Assembly: GCA_013151735.1 (NCBI GenBank)
Contig: JAADHR010000199.1
Coordinates: 8,178-72,177, forward strand
From: Calditrichota bacterium
Lineage (GTDB): Bacteria > Zhuqueibacterota > JdFR-76 > BMS3Abin05
Length of the DNA: 64,000 bases
Direction of reading: 5' to 3'
Positions 24,879-34,300 of the stretch are shown one piece after another. Below the pieces are notes generated by a model. It did no database searches. It was given only the letters and a program-made list of their open reading frames with translations, and was not told the DNA's origin. Each line of letters starts with the position of its first letter. Position 1 is the first letter of the stretch. The translations under genes and the position numbers were made by a program.

Positions 24879-25070
24879 ATGAGAAAGATAAAATTTATTT
24901 TCTGGAAAGAACAGAATGAATGGCTTGGTTATTTGGAAGAATTTCCCGATTACTGGACAGAAGGAAAAACACTTGAAGAATTAAAAGATAATCTGAGGGA
25001 TCTTTACAAAGATTTGGCAGGTGGCGCCATTCCTTCTGTTCGCAAGGTGGACGAACTTGAAGTCGCATGA
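24879..25070 (+). CDS. hicB: HicB-like (UPF0150 fold) antitoxin
   Basis: 63 aa. Pattern FWKEQNEWLGYLEEFPDYWTEGKTLEELKDNLRDLYKDL matches the HicB N-terminal RNaseH-like fold. Stop overlaps the start of the following HicA gene (ATGA). Confidence 0.6.
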   Translation: MRKIKFIFWKEQNEWLGYLEEFPDYWTEGKTLEELKDNLRDLYKDLAGGAIPSVRKVDELEVA

Positions 25071-25246
25071 AAAGAAATGAGCTAATAAAGAGACTAAATC
25101 AGATGGGTTGTATTTTAATCCGTCATGGAGGCCGGCATGATTGGTATCAGAATCCGAAGACAAAACTATCACAACCAGTGCCCCGGCATAGAGAAATTAA
25201 CGATACGCTTGCAAAACATATTTTGAAGATGCTAAAAAACAAGTAG
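25067..25246 (+). CDS. hicA: HicA-family toxin (YcfA-like), 59 aa, absent from the ORF track because it is below the size cutoff
   Basis: Translation: MKRNELIKRLNQMGCILIRHGGRHDWYQNPKTKLSQPVPRHREINDTLAKHILKMLKNK. HicA signature: G-x-L-x-R-x-GG-x-H..Y-x-NP, then a catalytic-His-containing VPRH segment. ATG overlaps the hicB TGA. Confidence 0.7.
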   Translation: MKRNELIKRLNQMGCILIRHGGRHDWYQNPKTKLSQPVPRHREINDTLAKHILKMLKNK

Positions 25247-25255
25247 ATTTATTTT

Positions 25256-25288
25256 AATCTTGCGAAGGTTTCAAACCTTCGCAAGATT
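25256..25288 (+). terminator. perfect 33-nt palindrome (16-bp arms) between hicA and the giant ORF; terminator and/or operator
   Basis: AATCTTGCGAAGGTTT-C-AAACCTTCGCAAGATT. A TTTT tract lies 8 nt downstream. Sits 10 nt after the hicA stop and 43 nt before the giant ORF start. Confidence 0.5.
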
Positions 25289-25330
25289 AAACAGCCTTTT
25301 GTTCTTAACTTTTTAAATAATGGTTGCCCT

Positions 25331-28300
25331 ATGAAGCGATTGTTTGCAGTTTTAAATTTGTCTGTTCTTTTTTTAGTTTTTTCTGGTAATGTGTTTGCCC
25401 AATCTGTTGATGCCGTTACGCTTTCAACTGCAAAAGCGGGTGAAAACGCGATTTATACCGTTACGTTCACACCGTCAGCCACAAATTTCGTGCCCAATAA
25501 CGGCAAGATAGTGGTTACCTTTGACGCAGGTTTCACGTTGAATTCGGTTACGATCGCTTCGTCTTCCACGATGGATGGGGGGTTTTCCATTTCGGTAGCG
25601 GGCGATTCCGTTACCTTTACCCGGGATGGAACGGGTACGCCTTCCGCTGCAGGTGCACAGGTGGATATTTCATTTGCGAATGTGGGCAATAATCAGATTG
25701 CCGGATCCTACAATTTAAAAGTGACGATCAAACAAAATGACGATACGCCAATTGAGACAATTGGTACAAAATCCTTTACCATTACCCCAGCCGATTTGGA
25801 TCATTTTGCGTTTGGGGCCATTTCCCCCCAAACAGCCGGTACCAATTTTCAGATTACCATTACGGCCCAGGATGCCTACAATAACACGATTACAACTGCA
25901 AATTATTCTTTAACTCTGATCGATGACACCGGTACCCTGACCACAATTGCGGCTGGCAGTTGGTTGAATGGTGTCATTTCACCCACAGTCAATATTACAA
26001 AGGCCACAGCTTCGGATAAAATTACAGCTACAGCAAACGGGATTTCTTCAACTTCCGGGAGTTTTGCAGTAAATCCCGCAGGGGTCAGCAGTTTCGAGTT
26101 TGCGACCATTGCTTCACCCCAAACAGCGGGATCGGCATTTTCCGTAACCATTACGGCGAAGGATGCCTACGATAATGTGGCCACGGGATTTTCCGGGTCA
26201 GTTAATTTAACCGTAAATAAAGGGGATATCTCACCGGCTTCCTCTGGAATTTTTTCTTCAGGAACTAAGACCGTCAGTGTCACCATAAACACCGCCAATA
26301 CCGACATTCAAATAACAGCCGACGATGGCAGCGGCCACACGGGAACCTCCAACACATTTAATGTCAATCCCGGGCCCGTGGCCTCTTTTGCTATTTCGGC
26401 AATCAGTTCGCAGGCGGCGGGCGAACCCTTCACCATTACAGTAACGGCCAAAGATGCACAGGGCAATACGGCCACCTCCTTTGCCGGTACGGTGGACATT
26501 TCTGACGGAACGAATACCATTTCGCCCGCCACAAGCGGAAGCTTTTCCAACGGACTCTGGAGCGGCAGTGTGACCATTACGGGCACGCAAACCGGCAACA
26601 CCATTACGGTAACCAATTCGGCTGGAGCGGAAACGGGCACATCCAATGCATTTGATGTGACGGCTTCGGACGTTGCCTACTTTACCGTTTCCACGATTTC
26701 ATCTCCTCAAACGGCCGGTACGGCTTTTTCCATTACCATTACGGCCAAAGATGCCAACGGCAACACGGCCGCTTCCTTTACGGGAACCGCGTCTCTTTCC
26801 GATTCGACGGGAACCATTTCACCCAAACTGACCAGAGCTTTTACCAACGGGACACTGACAGATACCGTAACCATTACACAATCGTTTACAAACAACCAAA
26901 TTGTGGTGTCAGCCGTTGGGAAATCCGGCTCCTCCAATGCGTTTGATGTGAATCCCGGCGCGCTGGATCATTTCACGCTGGATGCGATTAATTCACCCCA
27001 AACGGCCGGTACGGCATTTGACATTACGATTACGGCCAAAGATGCCTTTGAAAATACAATTACGTCCTACAGCGGGACACCCACGATCTCCAACACCACG
27101 GGGACCATTTCCCCGACCACTGCCGGTGCTTTTTCAAACGGGGTGCGGACCGAGTCGGTCACTATTACAAAAGCCGCATCCAGCGACCAGATTACGGTGA
27201 CTGACGGGGCGGTTACGGGCAGTTCCAACACCTTTACGGTTCAGGCCGGTGCGCTGGATCACATTGTCATTGAAGATGCCCCGGGCGGAACCGGAGCGCC
27301 GGTTGGGGCGCTTTCGAAAACCACGGATCAAAATGTGTCCCTGTTTGCCATTGGGTACGATGCCAACAACAATTACGTGGAAGACGTGAGCGTGTCCTGG
27401 AGTGTTTCTGGCGGGATTGGAACGGTGTCTCCTGCCACCGGAACGAACACCGTTTTTAATCCCACAACGGTGGGGAGCGGGACGGTTTCGGCAGATGATG
27501 GCAGCGGGCACACAGATGATACCGGCACGATTACCGTGACGGCAGGAGCTCTTGCGAGCCTGCAAATTCGGGATTCGGCAGGCGGCGCAGGGTCTGTGGT
27601 TGGAAATTACCTGATGACAACGGATCAATCGCTGACCGTGTACGCCGCCGGCTACGATGCCGATGGAAACTACATTTCCGATCAATCGGTCACCTGGTCT
27701 TCAACCGGCCTGACACCTTCGCTCAGCGGAACGGCGACATCATCCACATTTTCACCGACGGCCACCGGAAGCGGCACCATTACCGCAACAAGCGGCAGCC
27801 TTTCAGCCCACACGGGAGCGATTACGGTTTCAGCCGGAGCCCTGGCGGCGATCAAAATCCGTGATGAAGCCGGAGGGGGCGGATCGGAAGTGGGTGCTGT
27901 TTCGATGACCACCGACGATTCCCGTACCTTTTATGCGGCCGGTTACGATGCCGAGGGCAATTACAAAGAAGATATTTCCGTCACCTGGGCATCTACCGGA
28001 AATCTTTCCCCTGCCGTTTCGTCAACAGGAACCAGTGTGACGTTTTCGCCTGACAGCGCCAATCGATCGGGCACCATCACCGCTGATGCCGGAAGCGGCA
28101 TTACAGATGCCACAGGAACAATTTCAGTCTCAGTGGGGGCCTTGAAATATGTAAAAATTGTGGCGGGTGCCACCGGAAACGGAGCGGAGTACACCACGGG
28201 CACTTTTTCGCCGGGTGATCAGCAGACCTTTCACGCGGCCGGTTACGACGCCGACGGTAACTACATTGCGGACGAATCCGTGGCCTGGAGTTTGACCGGT

Positions 28301-31300
28301 TCCATTGGAAGTCTGAGCGATGCGACAGGAACAAGCACGGTCTTTACGGCAACCACAGTCGGTCAGGGAAGCATCACAGCGGACCACGCCACGGCCCTGG
28401 ATGATGCGACGGGAACCCTTACGGTGGTTGAGGGAAATCTGGATCACATTGTCATTCGCGATGCTCCGGGTGGAGCCGGTAATGTGGTTGGAAACGTCAA
28501 TCTGACGGCCGACCAGTCGATTACGCTTTACGCGGCCGGTTACGATGCCGCAGACAATTATCTGGGCGATTACAGTGCAACCTGGTCACTTGCTTCCGGA
28601 AATCTGGCTCCGGTTCCCAGTGGCTCGGCCAGCAGTTTTACCTTCAATCCGACCACAGCCCCTGCTTCCGGGGTCATTCAGGCCAGTTACAATGCCATTA
28701 CGGATGTTACGGGAACGATTTCCGTTTCAGTAGGCGCTCTGGCAAAGGTTCAAATCCGAACGGCAGCGAATGGCGGCGGGGTTGAAGTTACCACGCACAC
28801 CATGACCACGGATGAAACCTTTACCGTGTGGGCGGCCGGTTACGATGCCGACGATAATTTCATTGCGGATACAACGGTCAGCTGGACTTCAACCGGGCTT
28901 ACCCCGGCCCTTTCCTCAAGCGGAAGAAGTGTCACCCTTGATCCCACCGCTCCGGGGACAGCCACCGTAACGGCCACAGAACCCAATTCCGGCCTGACGG
29001 ACAACACAGGAGCCATTGTGATCAATCCGGGAGCCATCACGCACCTTCTGGTAAGGAGCGAAGCCGGCGGGGGCGGAATGGAGGTGGGCGATATGACACT
29101 CACCCTGGACGATAAACTGACCCTCTACGCGGCGGGGTATGATGCCGAGAATAATTACTCGCGGGATGTGGTAGCAACGTGGAGTGTAAGCACCGGTAAT
29201 TTGGATGCTCCCAGTCCTGCAACAGGAACCAGTACGGTTTTTGCCCCCTCGACTCCCGAAACCAGCGGCAAAATTCGGGCGGACAGCACAGGCCTGATCG
29301 GAGACGAAACCGGTACGTTAACAGTGGGCAATGTGTCGTACGTGAAAATTCGGGACGCGGCAAACGGGGCCGGAAGCGAAGTGGGGGATCGAACCCTGAC
29401 GGCCGACGAATCTCTGACCCTTTACGCGGCCGGTTACGATGCCGGGGGGAATTACGTGGGCGATGTGTCGGTCACATGGAGCAGCACGGGTTCGTTAGCC
29501 CCGGCTATCTCGGGGGTAACCGGTACGAGTGTGACATTTTCACCCACAACGGCACCGGCAAGCGGCACAATTTTGGCGGATCACGCGACGGCAACAGACG
29601 ACGTGACCGGTACCATTACCGTCACGCCGGGGGTGCCGGTGGGTACCATTTCCCTTTCTGCTTCACCCACAGCCATTCCGGCGGATGGCAGCAGTACATC
29701 CACCATTACATCCGGTGTCATAAAAGATGCGGACGGCAATCCTGTGGCTCAGGGAACGCTGATTACCGTTAGCACAAGTTTAGGAACCATTATCACGGCA
29801 GACGCCAGTGCGTCCTACACAGGCACCCAGGTAGCTGCGAATGCCAGCGGACAAATTAGCTTCACACTTCAGGCTCCCGCTTCGGGCGGAACGGCCTACA
29901 TTTCGGCTGCCAGTGTGGGCGGAAGTGCCACCGGCAGCACGACCGTGCAGATTACAAATCTTAGAATTGTGAGTATTTCGTCGGATTTTTCATCGGTCAG
30001 TCAGGGTCAAACCAACATTCCCGTACGAATGGTGGTTGAAAATCTGGGGAGTGCGGCCCTGCAAAATGCCACCGCGAACCTCACATTTACCGATGTCGCC
30101 AGTAACGATCGCACGGGTGAGTATTCCGGGATCTCCCAAACCGGGATCTCCGTTGCTGCCGGAGAGACCAAGACCCTGACTTTTTCCGTTTCCGTTGGGG
30201 GCTCGGCGTCACTGGGCTCGATTATTATTGACGGGAATATCAGCGGTACGGTCGACGGAAATTCTGTTGGAACCAGCGGCGCCGGAACGCCCTACAGCTG
30301 GGTGGTACAAACACCAGCCGCTCTGGAAGTGCTTTCCGTTCAAACCACACCGGACAGTGTCAGTCAGGGCCAGCAAGGTATTTCGGTTGTTTTGACGGCC
30401 CGAAATACAGGGCAAGCCGCGGCATCGATTGACTCGATTAAATTATCCTTTAAAATAGGTGCTACAACGGTTACCAGTGAGTACATTCAATCGCAGGCGT
30501 CGGGAAACCCGGTTCAAATTGCGGGGGGCGCAACCGAACAGTTTGAAATGAAAGTGGATGTTTCTGCCTCTGCCACAACCGGAACGGTCAACTTGGATGG
30601 CGCGATTTACGGAAAAGACGCCAATTCATCTGCGGCTGTTGTTGATGTTGGTGCAGCGTCAACCGATTCCTGGGTGGTCACACAGGCAGCCGCCTTTCAA
30701 ATTACGGCTCTGATTCCCTCCCAATACAAAGTGACCTCGGGGCAAACGCGAAGCTGGACCGTCAAAATGGCGGTGGAAAATAATAGCAGTTCCGCTATCG
30801 ATTTGGATTTGGATCCGGCAAAAACCTATCTCAAATTTGTGATTGGGAGTGATGTGACGTCGCAATATTCAATAACCTACCCGACCGCTCTTTTGGGAGG
30901 GGGAATCCGCTTGAATGCCGGGGCAAAAGATACCCTAAAATTTGTAGTGAATATTACCGGAACAACAACAGGAATTGCAGCCATTAATGGAGTTGTGACG
31001 GGAACAGACGTGATTTCCGGCAAGGCCATTACAGACAACACAAATGATACGGGATCAGGGTCGGTTACGGTGCAGACACCGGCATCTGTGAATGTAACGT
31101 CGGTGGTTCCTTCACAGGATTCCGTAAGCAGCGGTCAAACCGCAACATGGAATGTAACGGTGACCGTAGAAAATACCGGACAGAGCGCGGCCACCCTTTC
31201 GCTCGACAGCACACTCCTGAGCTTTCGGAAAGGAACCGGGTACGTCTTTCTCAAGCCGTCTCAATTTCAAGGCGGGGGTCTGGTTCTGAATGGAAATTCT

Positions 31301-34300
31301 TCGGGCACACTGATTTTTTCAATTACAAAAACCACGACTTTTTCCGGAACAGACAGCATTGACGCAACAGTCGGTTTTTTTGAAAATAACAGTGGTCGTT
31401 ACGTTGTGGCCAACACGGCGGCCGGAAATTACGGTACCGTGATTGTGCAGACGCCTGCCGCCTTTTCTATTCTCAGTGTTCACCCGTCGCAGCCAACCGT
31501 TACACAACATCAAACCAACACCTGGACCGCGACAGTTGTGGTTAAGAATACCGGACAAAGCCGGGCTGTAATTGATTTTCAACAGGCGAGCACCTTTTTA
31601 TCATTCTCCAAAAACGGAACCCCCCTTTCTGATTATGCCGTTCAGCAACCCTCTGCTCTGGAAGGAAGTGGTGGAAGTATTCTCTACGGGGGGAAAACGG
31701 ACAGTCTTACATTTGTGATTGCCACCACCGGTGCCGATACGGGGTCAATTACCATTCATGCGACCCTTGCGGGTACCGAGGCGAACAGCGGACGGTCGGT
31801 GAGTACGAATACGTTTGGCGGAAATAGCGGGCTTGTGGAGGTTCAGGCGCCGCCGGTTTTGTCGTACATTGCGGCGTCCTTAAGTCCCAAGAGTGTGAAT
31901 CGCGGGAGCAATGCATCTTTTGAAGTGCGGGTGCGAAATTCGGGAGGGGCCACACTGGTACTGTCTCCCTCGGAAACAAAATTTAGTTTTTCGGACGGTG
32001 TCCATTCCTTTGAAGCCTTTTTGAACGAGAATGTGGTCACCGAAGTTCAGCCGGGTGATACGACCCTGGTTTTTGTGTCCACCCTTGTTCCCGAACTGCT
32101 GGCTACGGGAAACTACACACCTGACATTACGCTCAGCGGAACGCAGAATGGGAATGCATTTCAGGCCAATTTGACGACCGGAACCAATGAGCTGGCCGTT
32201 CTTGAGAAGGCCGTTCTGGATATCGTGTCCATTACTCCTTCCCAAACCCAGGTGACAAGCGGACAGACCCGGCAATGGTATATTTGGATGAATGTGGCCA
32301 ACAACGGGGGCTCGAGCGTCCGCCTCGATAGTACCCAGGTTCATTTGTTCATCGGAACAGAAGTAACGGACGAATATTCCATTACCGTTCCCACCGGTTT
32401 TTGGCAGCAGGACGGCACGGAAAATCCCGTTCTTCAGGGAAATGAGACGGGTACACTGCGTTTTGTGGTAACTCACACCGGGTCTACCACTGGGCCGGCA
32501 ACCATTCAGGGCCGGCTTTGGGTGACCGATCAGGTTAGTCACGACCAGCTCTTTGTTCAAACGGATGGCGGGGCAGGGACGGTTCGCGTGCAGTCGCCGG
32601 CCGAATTAAAAATCAATTACACCATTGTTTCTCAGGCAGCCGTTACCATTGGGCAAACCGAGGATTGGTTTGTAACCCTTAATCTTTCAAATAAAGGCGA
32701 GAGCAGTCTTCGGATTGACACAACCCGGGCGAAGACCTACCTTACTTTTACCATTAACGGGCAACCGGTTCAGGATTTTGTAGTGAAACAACCTACCGAG
32801 CTTTCCAACGGGAGCCTCATTTTACAGGGGGGGGAATCCGCCAGATTGGTTTTTACGATTGATTCAACGACCAGCCGAACGGGATATTGCGTCATTCACG
32901 CACATGTTACGGGGGTGGAAGTCAACTCCGATTCCCTGATTGTGGATGAGAATTATGATTCGGGTTGGAATGGGGTTAATGTGCAGTCAGAGTCCAGTGT
33001 TCAGATTGTGAGTACGGAAAATCTTGCATTTAATGCACCGAACGTGAATACGGGTCAAACATTTAATATTCGTGTCCGTGTCCGAAACAATGGCGGGGAG
33101 GCCATTAAAAATGTAAAGGTGGCTCTTGCGTCTACGGGCCGTTCTATTTTTACGTCGCCGAGAACCATTACCCGGATTAATGCGGGCCTTTCGTATTCTT
33201 TAAACTTTTCGATAAGGGCATCGAGCGATTTTGATTCTACAGAAATATTTACCTCGCGGTTGTTGGAGGCCTATTCGGCAAATACCGGTGACACGATTAC
33301 CGTTGCGCCCGCTGCAGATTCAACCGATACCACAACATTTGCGAAAATCCAAAAACCGGCCGCGCTCGTGATTAGGGAGGTTTATCCCTCACAAGATCGG
33401 GTTTTGGCCAGCCAGACCGACGAATGGCAGGTCTTTGTGGTGGTACAGGATACCGGACAGGCCAATATCCTGCTGAATGATTTTAAAAATACCGACATTG
33501 TCTTTCAGATTAATGGGCAGAACCAGGGAGATTATCTAATTGAAGCCCCGGACTCGCTCCGCGGTGGTGGTCAGGAACTGGTGGGAGGGCAAACGGACAC
33601 ACTGGTTTATCGAATCAAAGCCACCGGCCATTTGGGGGGAACCGCCACCATTTTGGCCACCTTAAACGGCCGGGATGTAAACAGCCTGCACACGCTTTCC
33701 GCGTCCAATAGCACCAGCATCCTGGTCCAAACCTCGGCAGCGATCCAAATTATTAACACAACCATTTCATCCCCTCACGTGGTGGATAATGGAAATGCAG
33801 AAGTCAATCTGAAGCAGCAATTTACGGTAAATGTGTTTGTAGAAAATAAGGGGAACGAACGGGTCGATAGTGTGAAAGTCCGATTGCGAACAAAAGGCCA
33901 TTCACAGTTGCTGGATTCCCTTCGCACAATTCCTACAATTCCGGCCCGATCCATTCGGTTCGCTCAATTCGATGTAATCGCCGATTCGGCAGAAAATCTT
34001 CTGGGGGAAGAGTTCGATTCACGATTGATCAGCGGAAAGGCGTTTGTGAGCCACTTACCGGCCGTTCTTTCCGAAGCCTTGGATTCCGTAGCCGTGGCCC
34101 GGATTGAGAAACCGGCGCAACTGGAGGTTGTGGGAAGTTTAAACGATCAGGACGGTATTTTGTCGGCCAATCAGACCTTTGAGGTTCGGGCCGATGTCGT
34201 AAACAAGGGGCGCTCCGGAACAATTGGTTCCGGGACCATTGCAGTGGAATTGCCTGAAAATTATCGGCTGCTCCGCAATGGCGACACCCTTTCCGTAAGT

